Positions 18,261 through 28,522 of a DNA stretch of 34,862 nucleotides are shown here, in pieces. Source of the DNA: a virus. Its lineage: Duplodnaviria; Caudoviricetes. Below the pieces are notes generated by a model. That model worked only from the letters and a program-made list of their open reading frames with translations. It made no database searches and was not told the origin of the DNA. Numbering within the stretch: the stretch's first letter is position 1; each line of letters opens with the position of its first letter. Position numbers and translations under genes: made by a program. Where the stretch lies: IMG/VR virus record IMGVR_UViG_3300020045_004371, positions 1 to 34,862 of that record. The stretch is one strand, 5' to 3'.

Positions 18261-18646
18261 TGACTAAACCAAATCTAAGAGCCAAAACAACAAAGCTAGA
18301 ACTTGACCACCCAACCGAAGGTAAATTTGGTTGGGAATTTGAGATTCTAGGGTTTGACAGTGCAGCCGTTCGTACTGCTATTAAGCAGATTGCAGCATCA
18401 AGAGCTGAACGTACAGAAGGTAAGACACTTACGACACTCGAGCGAATGAATCAGGATGAACAGGACAACGCCGATATAGCTGCATCTGCAATTTCTGGAT
18501 GGAATGCGGAATTCGCAGAAGCAGATGAAACAATCGGACCATTCTCAAAAGAAAAAGCAATTGAACTAATGCGTGATGTTGAGCTAGCTTGGATTCGAGA
18601 ACAGGTTGAAGCCTGCTTGCGAAAGCGTGCTAACTTCTTTCGGTAA
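18260..18646 (+). CDS. Tail assembly chaperone (gpG-like)
   Basis: Between tube and TMP; ILGFDS...WIREQV...RANFF ending. Confidence 0.8.
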   Translation: MTKPNLRAKTTKLELDHPTEGKFGWEFEILGFDSAAVRTAIKQIAASRAERTEGKTLTTLERMNQDEQDNADIAASAISGWNAEFAEADETIGPFSKEKAIELMRDVELAWIREQVEACLRKRANFFR

Positions 18647-19052
18647 GACACAAGCCACATTACGTGCGTATATTACAAATTACGTAACGCTAACCTTCCC
18701 AAGAGCTGATGGCTCAAAATTAAAAGACCATTTAGCAAAGCTGATAAAGGAATCCACTAATCCTGCGATTCCTTTATCAATGCGAGAGTCATTTGCCATA
18801 CAAGCAAAAGAACATACTGCCCCAGATATAAATACCTACGAGCACTGGTTGTTGAGCCGCTTTTGGGAATTAGATACAGGGAGACGTCAAGGTCCACATG
18901 GTCCAGAACCAATAGGATTTGGTGACATTGCAGCATATGTAGTTGCATTCAATGAGGAATTAGAGCCTATTGAAGTGCAAATTCTGAAGTCGATTGACTG
19001 TTCTTATCTCGATGCTGTGTTCAGTGAACAACGAAAACAACATGAGGTATAA
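18639..19052 (+). CDS. Tail assembly chaperone extension (gpT-like), probably reached by frameshift
   Basis: FWELDTGRRQG..GPEPIGFGDIAAY...EVQILKSID pattern; open in the +1 frame across the gpG stop. Confidence 0.7.
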   Translation, partial: FGKTQATLRAYITNYVTLTFPRADGSKLKDHLAKLIKESTNPAIPLSMRESFAIQAKEHTAPDINTYEHWLLSRFWELDTGRRQGPHGPEPIGFGDIAAYVVAFNEELEPIEVQILKSIDCSYLDAVFSEQRKQHEV

Positions 19053-19055
19053 ACA

Positions 19056-21371
19056 ATGGACTTACAGGCATTAAAATTAAAAGTAGATTTCAACGAGGTC
19101 GACAAAGCAAGAGATGCGTTCAAGGACTTAAAGAACGAAATTCCTGGAGCAGATGCTGCAGTAGATGCTCTTGGCTCTGCCCTCAAAGCTCTTGAAAATC
19201 CTCTAATAGCAGTTATTGGTGCATTCGCTACTGCAACCGCAGGCGCCATCGCTCTAGGTTTCAAATCAATTGAAGCAGCAGACAATTTGAACGACCTCGC
19301 GGCTCGCACAGGCAAAACTGTCGAGTGGCTTCAAGTGCTGGGGGATGTTGCAGAAAAGTCAGGCTCCAGTTTGGAGACGATGACAGAAACACTCGATCAA
19401 ATTCAGAAGCGATCTGCAGCTGGTGGCGAAGAAGGAAAGAAGGCTGGCAAAGCCTACGAGTTCCTTGGTATCTCTGCACGCGATGCAAATGGAAATCTAA
19501 AAGACGCTGTTGTTCTAGCAGAAGAAGGTGCAGCAGCACTAGAACGTCTTGGTCACTCTACAGATGCCACAGTTGCTTTTCAAGACGCTTTTGGTCAAGG
19601 CGCACTCAAGAACTTCGCAACGCTAAAAGACCTTAATTCTGAGCTTGATAAGCAGTACGAGTTTCTAGCGTCCGTTGGCGCGTTAATGGACGGAAACCTA
19701 GCCGCCGCATCCGACGACTACAACGACAAACTACACGACCTTGGTTCTATCTTTAAAGGCCTCGGCAATGACATAGCACGAACAATGCTGCCATTGTTGA
19801 CCGGGCTTGCTGAAGCAATGATTAACTCCGGAAAGAACTCTGGCCTACTGAGTATGGCACTTAGCGTTCTTGAGGGTGGAGTCTGGTTAGTTACCTCTGC
19901 TCTCAAAGGTGTGCTGACCTTCTTTCAGATGTTCGACAACGGCATATCCAACATCATCCAATCAATCGCACTTGGCGGCAAAGTTATCTGGGCTGCACTT
20001 AGTGGTAACTGGGATGACATTCCTAAGCTTTGGGATGATTACAAAACACGAATCGTCCAAACTAACGTTGATGCAGCGGCTGCGGTTTCAAAGACCTGGA
20101 GCACTGTTGAAGCGGCACCTCAGTCTAAGGAAGACTTCAAAAAAGGTGGTGATAAGGACGGTGTATATAACCCATACAGCAAAAAGAAGAAAGCTGATAA
20201 AGAGACACCGCTTGGCGATAGTGACTACGTAAAGACACTTGCAGATATGACCAAAGGTATCGGCAAGCTGAATGAGGCGTATGACGTAATGAACGGCGCT
20301 GAAGCAAAGTCTCACACGATGCTTCTGGCTTTGGATATTGCCGCTGGGAAGTACCTCGCCACCAAGACTAAAGCCGGTGCGTCAGATGACCAGTTAGCCG
20401 TACTCAAACAACTGGCTGCAGCGGAAGATGAACTAACGATCAGAAACAAACTTGAAAAAGCAACACACGCAGCTAAGGATGCACTCGATAAAGCAATCGC
20501 CTCTTCTAAGGCAGAAGTAGACAACAACAGAATCCGCATTGAAGTAATGAAGACCTTCGGTGCAACTCAAGAAGATGTTAATAAAGCAATTGCTGAAAAC
20601 AATATCGTCACTGCTGAAAAAACGCTAAACGATGCTGTTGCAAATAATACTTCTGAAGAGAAGTTGATTAAGCTTCGTGCAGAAGTTGCATTGCTCAAGG
20701 AAAGATCTAAGACAGCTGGTGATCTTAAATCACAAAATGCTGCAGAAGCAGATCGTCAATCGACGTTTGAATATGGCTGGAAGAAATCATTCGACCAGTA
20801 TAAAAAAGATGCAAACGATGCTGCAAAGCAAGGTGCGCAAGTATTTCAGACCGCAACAAACAGCATGTCTGACGCGCTTCTAAATTTCGTGAAAACGGGC
20901 AAGCTGGATTTCTCTTCCCTAACTGCTTCCATTCTCTCTGACCTTGCAAGGATTGCTGTTCAAAAAGCAGCAGCTGGAATTATGACTGCTGCATTCGGTC
21001 TCTTTGAAAAGGGCGGTGCGTTTGATGGTGGTACTCAATTCTTCGCTGATGGTGGTGTGGTTAGCTCTCCAACTGCATTTGGTATGTCTGGTGGAAAGAC
21101 TGGTGTTATGGGTGAAGCTGGTCCAGAAGGAATTCTTCCACTTCGTCGGAACGCATCAGGTCAACTTGGTGTTATCGCTTCAGGTGAAGGCTCAGGCTCC
21201 ACTATTCAAAATAACTTCTCTATCACCGTCAATGGTGCAAGTGATCCAACTGACACAGCAAACAAAGTGTCGGCACAAATCAAGATGATGCAGCAACTTG
21301 CTGACAGCCGTATTGCCAATGCTAAGCGCGTTGGTGGAATCAGCAATCCAGTCACTGCTAACGCATTTTAA
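19056..21371 (+). CDS. Tape measure protein (lambda family)
   Basis: 771 aa helical, Ala-rich; FVKTGKLDFSSL..SILSDLARI and FADGGVV...MGEAGPEGILPL motifs. Confidence 0.92.
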   Translation: MDLQALKLKVDFNEVDKARDAFKDLKNEIPGADAAVDALGSALKALENPLIAVIGAFATATAGAIALGFKSIEAADNLNDLAARTGKTVEWLQVLGDVAEKSGSSLETMTETLDQIQKRSAAGGEEGKKAGKAYEFLGISARDANGNLKDAVVLAEEGAAALERLGHSTDATVAFQDAFGQGALKNFATLKDLNSELDKQYEFLASVGALMDGNLAAASDDYNDKLHDLGSIFKGLGNDIARTMLPLLTGLAEAMINSGKNSGLLSMALSVLEGGVWLVTSALKGVLTFFQMFDNGISNIIQSIALGGKVIWAALSGNWDDIPKLWDDYKTRIVQTNVDAAAAVSKTWSTVEAAPQSKEDFKKGGDKDGVYNPYSKKKKADKETPLGDSDYVKTLADMTKGIGKLNEAYDVMNGAEAKSHTMLLALDIAAGKYLATKTKAGASDDQLAVLKQLAAAEDELTIRNKLEKATHAAKDALDKAIASSKAEVDNNRIRIEVMKTFGATQEDVNKAIAENNIVTAEKTLNDAVANNTSEEKLIKLRAEVALLKERSKTAGDLKSQNAAEADRQSTFEYGWKKSFDQYKKDANDAAKQGAQVFQTATNSMSDALLNFVKTGKLDFSSLTASILSDLARIAVQKAAAGIMTAAFGLFEKGGAFDGGTQFFADGGVVSSPTAFGMSGGKTGVMGEAGPEGILPLRRNASGQLGVIASGEGSGSTIQNNFSITVNGASDPTDTANKVSAQIKMMQQLADSRIANAKRVGGISNPVTANAF

Positions 21372-21383
21372 GGAATAAAAATA

Positions 21384-21725
21384 ATGACAGCATTTTCTCC
21401 ACCTGTGCCACCAGCACAGTCAAGCACAAAGGTAAAGAACTACCGTGTACTCAAATCTCAATTTGGAAACGGCTACGTAACTGCAGCTCCAGATGGTATT
21501 AACAATATCATCGATGAGTGGCAGTTGAACTTTGAGAACTACACCCAAGCAAATAGAGACACACTTGCTGCGTTCCTGGACTCAGTTGGAACTTGGGGCT
21601 TATTCACTTGGACAGCTCCTGGCGACAGCGTTTCTAAATCATGGATGGTTCAAGATAACTATTCGGAAACGGTTAAGGCAGGTAGTGTGTACACGATTAA
21701 CTTCAAGATTAAGCAGGTATTCTAA
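21384..21725 (+). CDS. Distal tail protein (lambda gpM-like)
   Basis: QFGNGY....DGINN...W, FTWTAPG, FKIKQVF. Confidence 0.9.
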   Translation: MTAFSPPVPPAQSSTKVKNYRVLKSQFGNGYVTAAPDGINNIIDEWQLNFENYTQANRDTLAAFLDSVGTWGLFTWTAPGDSVSKSWMVQDNYSETVKAGSVYTINFKIKQVF

Positions 21726-22258
21726 TGTCCATACAACAAGAACTAATGGTCCTGAACCAAGTAAGCGGTTGGGTCGAATTACACACTCTGGACTGTTCTG
21801 CATTAGGAGGTGCTGTATATCACTTCACACCAAACATCTATGCATCTGGTGCAAGCATTGTTTGGAATGGAGCTACATATACACCGATTGCTATTACATC
21901 TGCGGGATGGACTCTTAGCAGTACTGGTGCACAGCCAACTCCGACTATTACAGTCACAAACGCCAATAAGACTCTACTCAGTGCAGTGATTGCATTGGGG
22001 GACATTGTTGGTGCAACGTACTCAAGAGTTAGAACTTTTCAAAAATTCTTAGATGGTCAGCCTGCCGCCGATTCCACTCAATTCGTTGGTCCGGATATCT
22101 ATGTGGTCTACCAAAAGACCAGTCATACAAATAAGCAGATCACTTGGCAGTTGGCTTCTATCTTGGATCGTCCTGGACTAAAGCTTCCAGCGCGACAAGC
22201 TTTGAAGGACGGAGACGGGACAGCTGGATCTGCTTTCCCTGGCATGGCAGTTTATTAA
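21725..22258 (+). CDS. Tail tip protein (lambda gpL-like), shortened
   Basis: VELHTLD, IVWNGATY.PI, RVRTFQKFLD, LKLPARQ, terminal FPG. Confidence 0.85.
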   Translation: MSIQQELMVLNQVSGWVELHTLDCSALGGAVYHFTPNIYASGASIVWNGATYTPIAITSAGWTLSSTGAQPTPTITVTNANKTLLSAVIALGDIVGATYSRVRTFQKFLDGQPAADSTQFVGPDIYVVYQKTSHTNKQITWQLASILDRPGLKLPARQALKDGDGTAGSAFPGMAVY

Positions 22259-22267
22259 GGAACAACA

Positions 22268-23002
22268 ATGCAACTAACAGATCAAACACAACAAGACTTT
22301 AAAGCTCATGTATTAGCTGTGTACCCTAACGAAGCTGTAGGACTAGTAGTTAATGACGTATTTGTTCCCTGCAAAAACACCGCAGAAACGCCTATAACGC
22401 ATTTCCGCGTCGATCCGTCAGCAATCATAGCGGCAAGTGAGATCGGAGTTTTGCAAGCCGTATTGCACAGTCACACATACGGAATGACGGATACACCTTA
22501 TGCACATGGAAACCAACCGCAATGGCCAAGCACTGCTGACATGACGACTTGGATGAAGGATTCAATACCCTGGGGCATCGTTGCAACTGACGGTGAAGGA
22601 TTATCGGAGATGGTGTGGATGGACGACAGTGTTATTCCACCACTGCTAGAACGTACCTTCGTGCATGGGGTGTACGACTGCTATGCGATTATTCGAGACT
22701 ACTACCGCCTTAAAGGTATCGAACTAAAGAACTATGCACGTGGATACAACTGGTGGGAGACAGGCGCAGACCTGTATGTTGATAACTGGGCAGATGCAGG
22801 CTTCATTGAGATTACAGAAAACGAAGCACAAGTTGGTGACGTTGTAATCATGCAGGTAAGAAGCAAGGTTCCCAACCATGCTGCAGTGATCACAGCTGAT
22901 AACACAATTACACATCACCTATTCCACAGACTTAGTGAAGAAGACCGACTCGACAAGTGGCGAAAAGTGATTGTTAAGCACGTTCGCTACCAACCAGCAT
23001 AA
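22268..23002 (+). CDS. Tail tip assembly protein (lambda gpK-like; JAB/MPN + NlpC/P60)
   Basis: YPNEAVG, LHSHT...PSTAD JAB motif; FVHGVYDCYAIIRDYY, NHAAV, HH NlpC/P60. Confidence 0.92.
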   Translation: MQLTDQTQQDFKAHVLAVYPNEAVGLVVNDVFVPCKNTAETPITHFRVDPSAIIAASEIGVLQAVLHSHTYGMTDTPYAHGNQPQWPSTADMTTWMKDSIPWGIVATDGEGLSEMVWMDDSVIPPLLERTFVHGVYDCYAIIRDYYRLKGIELKNYARGYNWWETGADLYVDNWADAGFIEITENEAQVGDVVIMQVRSKVPNHAAVITADNTITHHLFHRLSEEDRLDKWRKVIVKHVRYQPA

Positions 23003-23010
23003 ATACAAAT

Positions 23011-23586
23011 ATGATCAGAACAATTAAATTATTTGGCGAGCTTGCAAAGCAGACAGGTGTAGAGACATTGGAATTAGATGTTGATACACCTCGCATGGCT
23101 ATTCTTGGTCTTAATGCACTTGTGCCGAACTTTGAAGAAACAATGCGCGGACTTAACTGTCCAATTAATGTAGTTTCTATAAATACACTAGATAAAGAAA
23201 AGTCTAAGGGCTACGACAAGAAAGCATTTCAAGATGATTTTGAAGATGCAGACGAGATTTGTATTGTTCCAGACATTAGTGGTGCCGGTGCAGAGACGGT
23301 CGCGTACTTGATTATGACGTATGAGTTTAGCTACATGGCTGCTGTTGCAATAACGATTGCATTAAATGTAGCAGTTGCTTATGCACTTGGTTCTGTTGCA
23401 AGTATGTTGGCACCGAAGCCTGATACGGCTGGTGGATCACAACGAGCAGACCAAAAGCCGTCTTTCATCTTCAACGGACCAATCAATGTATCCAAACAAG
23501 GATATCCAGTTCCTCTGGTATATGGCACTTGTCTAGTTGGATCGATAGTAATGTCCTCAGCTGTTGACGTAGTGGACTTGGCATAA
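23011..23586 (+). CDS. Tail assembly protein (lambda gpI-like)
   Basis: IKLFGELA start, IVPDISGAG, FNGPINVSKQGYPVPLVYG. Confidence 0.9.
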   Translation: MIRTIKLFGELAKQTGVETLELDVDTPRMAILGLNALVPNFEETMRGLNCPINVVSINTLDKEKSKGYDKKAFQDDFEDADEICIVPDISGAGAETVAYLIMTYEFSYMAAVAITIALNVAVAYALGSVASMLAPKPDTAGGSQRADQKPSFIFNGPINVSKQGYPVPLVYGTCLVGSIVMSSAVDVVDLA

Positions 23587-23594
23587 AGGATTAA

Positions 23595-26500
23595 ATGGAA
23601 AATATTTTCAATAAGAAGATCAACACAGAGTTGACAGGTGAGGGCGGTGGCGGTAAAGGTGGTGGTAGTTCACACGTTGCAACTGAAGCACCAAATACAT
23701 TAACTAATTCCACAATCGTTCGGGTTCTAGAGTTGCTTAGTGAAGGTCCAATCACAGGCCTTGTTACTGGCGACGGACAAAGTATTTTCTTTAATGGCAC
23801 GCCTATTCAAAATAGCGATGCTTCATATAACTTCGACAAGATTGCTTATGGTGTAAGAACTGGCCTCGCTAGTCAGCCATACATGAATGGATTTCCAAGT
23901 GCGTCTGCGACTGTAGTAGTTAATACTGCTTTCACGGTCGCAGCCTCAGTAGTTAAAACTACATCAAGTTCCACTGTTGACGCGGTAAAGGTTGTTGTTG
24001 GATTGCCACAAGGTCTTTCAAATCAAAATACAACTAACGGCGACTTGAATGGCTCTACTGTTGAATTTGCTATTGATAGAAAACCAACTAGCAGCGGTAC
24101 ATGGGAACTGAATGTTCTTACTCCAACTATTTCAGGTAAGTGTGTTTCGGCATACGAGCGTTCGTATTACGTCACTAAGCCAAGTGGTGCGACTGGAACC
24201 TGGGACATTCGATGCCGTCGTATCACTGCTGACAATGTAAGCTCGGCAATCAAGAATGCAACAAGCTTTGATAGCCTTGTGGAGATTCAGGAGGTCCAAC
24301 TTCCTTACAACAACAGCGCATATGTGGGTATTGCAATCGATGCTCAATCAGTCGGCAATACCGTGCCTGTTAGATCATATTTGTTAAGCGGTATTATTTG
24401 TCAAGTTCCATCTAACTACAACCCAGCAACAGGGGTGTACTCAGGAATTTGGAATGGAACATTCATTACTGGCACTACAGATAACCCAGCATGGATTCTG
24501 TACGACATTCTTACTAACACTCGTTACGGTATGGGTCGTTACGGGATGACAGCTAGCCAGATTGATAAGTTCAGTTTTTATAATGCGGGTGTCTATTGCG
24601 ACGGTCTAGTTAATAACGGCGCCGGTGGTACTGAGCGACGTTTTACGTTCAATGCCGCTATTGCCGCATCAGACTCAATGCTCAAGATTTTGCAGAACGT
24701 TGCTGGAATGATGAACTCGGTTCTTATCTATTCCGGTGGACTAATTACTGTTAACCAAGATCGTCCAAGTAGTGCCGTAAAACTAATTTCTAAATCGAAT
24801 GTAATTGATGGTGCATTCACCTATGCGGGTTCAGCACTACCGTCTCGCACAACATCAGCCAACGTAACTTATAACAACAAGGCTGATAAAAGATACCTGC
24901 CAGTCGTAAGCACTACAACTGATGCCGCAGGTGTTGCCCGTTACGGATTCAATCCAGTTGACTTTGCTGCATATGGTGCGACGACAGAGGGCCAAGCAAT
25001 CCGTGCAGCTAAGTGGTTGCTCTATACCAATTTGAATCTAACCGAAAAGGTTAGCTTCTCGATGGGCCTTAACGGCTTCGACTTAGCAATCGGAAATGTT
25101 TTCAAGTTGTTTGATGAGGATTACACAACACAAGCAGGTGCAGGCAAGATCGTTTCAGCTACATCGACAACTGTGACGTTTGATCAACCAGTTGTTATCT
25201 CCGGATCTGCAAGTGTTGATATTGTATTGCCAGATGGAAAAACCATCGAATCGCACCCTATAACAACTAGTGCAGGAACATATAGCACTGTTTCAATAAG
25301 CGGTAGCTGGAGCATAATTCCCGTAAAGTATGCGGATTACATTGTAACCTCCGCTATCGCACCGCGATTGTTCCGTATTACATCGTTATCTCAAGATGAA
25401 TCTACTCCGCATCAAGTTAAGGTCGAAGCAATGGCCTATGTTGCTGGTAAGTACGACTACGTTGAAAGTGGTATCAGCATTCCAGCTACAGTCTATTCTT
25501 CTATTAGTGGCTCTGTAATCGGTGACCCAACTGCATTGGCATTTCAGCCAATCGGCGTAAGCGACGCAAGTGGTGTTAGACAAGGTATTTTAATTACTTG
25601 GACAAAGCCAACGCTTGGCATTCCTGTTCGCTACACTTTGAAGTGGCGTAGAAATTCAGGTGACTATGTAACAGTGGAAAATATTGGTCCGACTGAATAC
25701 GAGATTGTGAATGCGTATGCTGGCACATACGATGTAGTAGTGTCAGCAATCAATATTAACGGTCAAAGTAGCAGAGGTACTTCTGCATCCTACACGTTAG
25801 ACCTAAGTGCGGGGTTTGGGTCTGCATTGAACAACGTTACAGGGTTAACTGTAGTCGGTGGCGGTACTGCGTTCAGCGGCGTTGACTTAAATATTCAGTG
25901 GACAAATCCAAGTTCAAATTCCAATATCACAACGGTATTAAAAGACTTCCAAGTTGAGGTCTACAACGGTGCGGCACTGGTTAGAACAGAATACGTAGGT
26001 GCGGGTACTCAACCTGGTGCTGTTGCAACATACCAATACACATACACAAAGAACGTGGCAGACGGTGGCCCAAATCGTTTACCAATCATCAAAGTCTATG
26101 CACGAGACACTGGCAACAAGGTTACGAGCGGTGTGCAGGTCACCTTCAATAATCCAACTCCAGCAGTGCCAGGATCAATCGCTGTAACTGGTGGTATTGG
26201 CAGTGTGTTCACTACATTCACTAAGCCAACAGACTCTGACTATAAAGGCGTACTGGTTTGGATGAGTACTACAAATGCCTTCACTCCGTCTGCTGCTAAC
26301 TTGGTGTTCGATGGTGATAGCAGCGTTGTTTCATCCAAGATGATTACAACTGGTGTGCCTCATTATGTTGTAGTTTCAGCGTATGACTCGTTTGGTAAGA
26401 GCTCGGCGGGTACTGGTATGACCTTATCCAGTCAGTTTGCTGTTACACCAACTGCAAGTGCAGGTATTCCAAACGGTGCTGCGCTTCCGGGTTCAGGAAC

Positions 26501-27011
26501 TGAAGGGGATTTATTCTTTCTAACAACAACTGGCAAGATATACCGTTACCACACTGGCGCTTGGACATTAGCAGTTGATGGTGCTGACATTATGGCTAAC
26601 AGCATTACAGCAGGTAAGATTTTAGCCAGCACTATTAGTAGCAATGAAATCGCGGCCAACACAATTGTTGCTGGCAATATCGCAGCCAATACGATTACGG
26701 CATCACAGATAGCAGCAGGCACTATTACGTCAAATGAGATTGCTGCTGGGACTATTACTGCTGCTGATATTGCTGCTGGGACTATTACTGCAACTCAACT
26801 TGCAGCAGGTTCTGTTACTGCAACTCAAATAGCAGCAGGTGCAATTACAGCAGGTTCGCTTGGTGTTACCAGTTTAAGTGCTATTACGGCAAACATCGGA
26901 ACATTAAGGACAGCAACAAGTGGCGCACGAATGGAGATTAAGGACAATGTTATTAAAGTTTATGACGCTAGTGGAGTTTTAAGAGTTCAGTTGGGAGATT
27001 TAACACTATGA
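23595..27011 (+). CDS. Central tail tip/host specificity protein (lambda gpJ-like)
   Basis: LLSEGPITGL, VPSNYNP, DNPAWILYDILTNTRYGMG, FnIII domains, 10-aa repeats, VLRVQLGDL end. Confidence 0.95.
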   Translation: MENIFNKKINTELTGEGGGGKGGGSSHVATEAPNTLTNSTIVRVLELLSEGPITGLVTGDGQSIFFNGTPIQNSDASYNFDKIAYGVRTGLASQPYMNGFPSASATVVVNTAFTVAASVVKTTSSSTVDAVKVVVGLPQGLSNQNTTNGDLNGSTVEFAIDRKPTSSGTWELNVLTPTISGKCVSAYERSYYVTKPSGATGTWDIRCRRITADNVSSAIKNATSFDSLVEIQEVQLPYNNSAYVGIAIDAQSVGNTVPVRSYLLSGIICQVPSNYNPATGVYSGIWNGTFITGTTDNPAWILYDILTNTRYGMGRYGMTASQIDKFSFYNAGVYCDGLVNNGAGGTERRFTFNAAIAASDSMLKILQNVAGMMNSVLIYSGGLITVNQDRPSSAVKLISKSNVIDGAFTYAGSALPSRTTSANVTYNNKADKRYLPVVSTTTDAAGVARYGFNPVDFAAYGATTEGQAIRAAKWLLYTNLNLTEKVSFSMGLNGFDLAIGNVFKLFDEDYTTQAGAGKIVSATSTTVTFDQPVVISGSASVDIVLPDGKTIESHPITTSAGTYSTVSISGSWSIIPVKYADYIVTSAIAPRLFRITSLSQDESTPHQVKVEAMAYVAGKYDYVESGISIPATVYSSISGSVIGDPTALAFQPIGVSDASGVRQGILITWTKPTLGIPVRYTLKWRRNSGDYVTVENIGPTEYEIVNAYAGTYDVVVSAININGQSSRGTSASYTLDLSAGFGSALNNVTGLTVVGGGTAFSGVDLNIQWTNPSSNSNITTVLKDFQVEVYNGAALVRTEYVGAGTQPGAVATYQYTYTKNVADGGPNRLPIIKVYARDTGNKVTSGVQVTFNNPTPAVPGSIAVTGGIGSVFTTFTKPTDSDYKGVLVWMSTTNAFTPSAANLVFDGDSSVVSSKMITTGVPHYVVVSAYDSFGKSSAGTGMTLSSQFAVTPTASAGIPNGAALPGSGTEGDLFFLTTTGKIYRYHTGAWTLAVDGADIMANSITAGKILASTISSNEIAANTIVAGNIAANTITASQIAAGTITSNEIAAGTITAADIAAGTITATQLAAGSVTATQIAAGAITAGSLGVTSLSAITANIGTLRTATSGARMEIKDNVIKVYDASGVLRVQLGDLTL
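26589..26890 (+). repeat. 10-aa tandem repeats (IAAGTITAxx) in gpJ C-terminus
   Basis: About 9 units; exact 23-nt repeat ATTGCTGCTGGGACTATTACTGC at 26739 and 26769. Confidence 0.85.
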
Positions 27012-27292
27012 GTTTTGGATTTCAAGTGTTTAGTGCAACAGGCGTTCCACTTGTAGCCAGTCAAGATAGATTAACTAGACTCATTGGTACATACGCCACT
27101 GGATTTGCACCTGGCCTGTACCAAGTGGATGTATATATTCCTGGTCTTCTTCAGTCTGTTAACTTTGCAATTTGTGATGGTGGAGGGGTGTCAGATGGTG
27201 GTACTTTTGCATGGATTACAGACAACTACTTGCACGTCTATTGTGGAGCAGGTGCTTCGCAAACTATTAACACTGCGGTTTTTGCGATATGA
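27008..27292 (+). CDS. Tail tip accessory protein
   Basis: ATGA-coupled to J; MSFGFQVFSATG start typical of post-J genes. Confidence 0.7.
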   Translation: MSFGFQVFSATGVPLVASQDRLTRLIGTYATGFAPGLYQVDVYIPGLLQSVNFAICDGGGVSDGGTFAWITDNYLHVYCGAGASQTINTAVFAI

Positions 27293-27993
27293 GTTTTGGC
27301 GCACATATTACAAATGGTGCTGGCAATGTAATTATTGATGGCACCTATAAGAACTATGGCATATCAGGCACATATACAGTCGATATGGCGGCTACGGGTG
27401 GACGACTGTATTATTCTCAAATCAACGGTGCTACTCCTATGGTGTATGTTAGATCATCTACTGCAAATGGGTTTATAGGCATATTTGAGATGACCACAAC
27501 ATACATACAATTCGGCGCCGTGAATAGTTCCAATGTTGTTATATGGCCTGTTATTACTGTAATGCTTGCATTTCCTTCTATTCCGTCAACGGATGGTTCA
27601 ACAGTAGGGATGATTGTCTATGATGCTGGTGGAGTTAAAACATATGATTCGCGGTGGAATGTCCCTAGAGTTGGATCAATATTGTTTAGTGGATCATTCG
27701 GAACAGCAATACCTGCGGCGGGAAATATAACGACACTCTATCACGGTCTGAATGTCAATAATGCATGGTTTTGTTTGAATATGTCAGCAGCCCCGAGACT
27801 AATTGACATATACATCCCAGGTGGATGCGGTGGCGGTCAAACTACAACCTTTTATGGATTTCTAACTGGTACTGCTGATGCAAATAATATTCAATTTAAA
27901 AAAGGCACGTTAAAGTTTGTGGCAAGTGGTTTGATAGTTCACACCCCACCTTACGATGCGCCTTACACCACTAACGTTTTGTACAACACATGA
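27289..27993 (+). CDS. Tail tip accessory / candidate receptor-binding protein
   Basis: MSFGAHITNGAG..IIDG.YKNY and internal GMIVYDAGG..TYDS repeat; beta-rich. Confidence 0.7.
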   Translation: MSFGAHITNGAGNVIIDGTYKNYGISGTYTVDMAATGGRLYYSQINGATPMVYVRSSTANGFIGIFEMTTTYIQFGAVNSSNVVIWPVITVMLAFPSIPSTDGSTVGMIVYDAGGVKTYDSRWNVPRVGSILFSGSFGTAIPAAGNITTLYHGLNVNNAWFCLNMSAAPRLIDIYIPGGCGGGQTTTFYGFLTGTADANNIQFKKGTLKFVASGLIVHTPPYDAPYTTNVLYNT

Positions 27994-28514
27994 TAGTCAA
28001 ATCTAGATTAGATCCATTGCTACTTCTCTATTTAAAGGAGAATATTGCGGCCGCAGAGTGTTATGCATTGATCTGTCGAATTCTTCACTTTTGGGATGAC
28101 TTAATCGATAGGGATAAATTAGTCAGTCAAATGGAAATTAATGTTGGCATGTTTAATTCCTTAATTGAACTACCATCAAACAAGTTTTACAGAGACAACC
28201 AATCCTCCCTTCAACCAGTTTTGGTAAATGCAATTGCCAATTGGCAAACAGCAAATGAATTTGAGAGCAACGGAGTTAAAAAAGAACTGGAATTAGCATT
28301 TGTTATAAGGTCTGACTACTGTAATATTCTCATTCAGATGGCATACATAGTAGGTGGGCATGATTGGGTTATGGAAATAACCCCCAAAATTCGTGCTAAC
28401 TGGACTGATGAGGATTTTGCAATGTACTTAGATGGTCTTGAACTGGAAAAGGTTCTTAGAAGCAAGAATGTTTCTGCTGAGACCATTGCAGACGTTGAAG
28501 CCATTGCACGGTAA
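27990..28514 (+). CDS. Helical protein with DDxxD motif (isoprenoid-synthase-like fold candidate)
   Basis: HFWDDLIDRD, LPSNKFY; ATGA-coupled. Confidence 0.6.
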   Translation: MIVKSRLDPLLLLYLKENIAAAECYALICRILHFWDDLIDRDKLVSQMEINVGMFNSLIELPSNKFYRDNQSSLQPVLVNAIANWQTANEFESNGVKKELELAFVIRSDYCNILIQMAYIVGGHDWVMEITPKIRANWTDEDFAMYLDGLELEKVLRSKNVSAETIADVEAIAR

Positions 28515-28522
28515 ATATAGGG

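Noticed and set aside
22268-23002. NlpC/P60 protein as endolysin
   Set aside because: JAB plus NlpC architecture between gpL and gpI is lambda gpK, a tail assembly factor.
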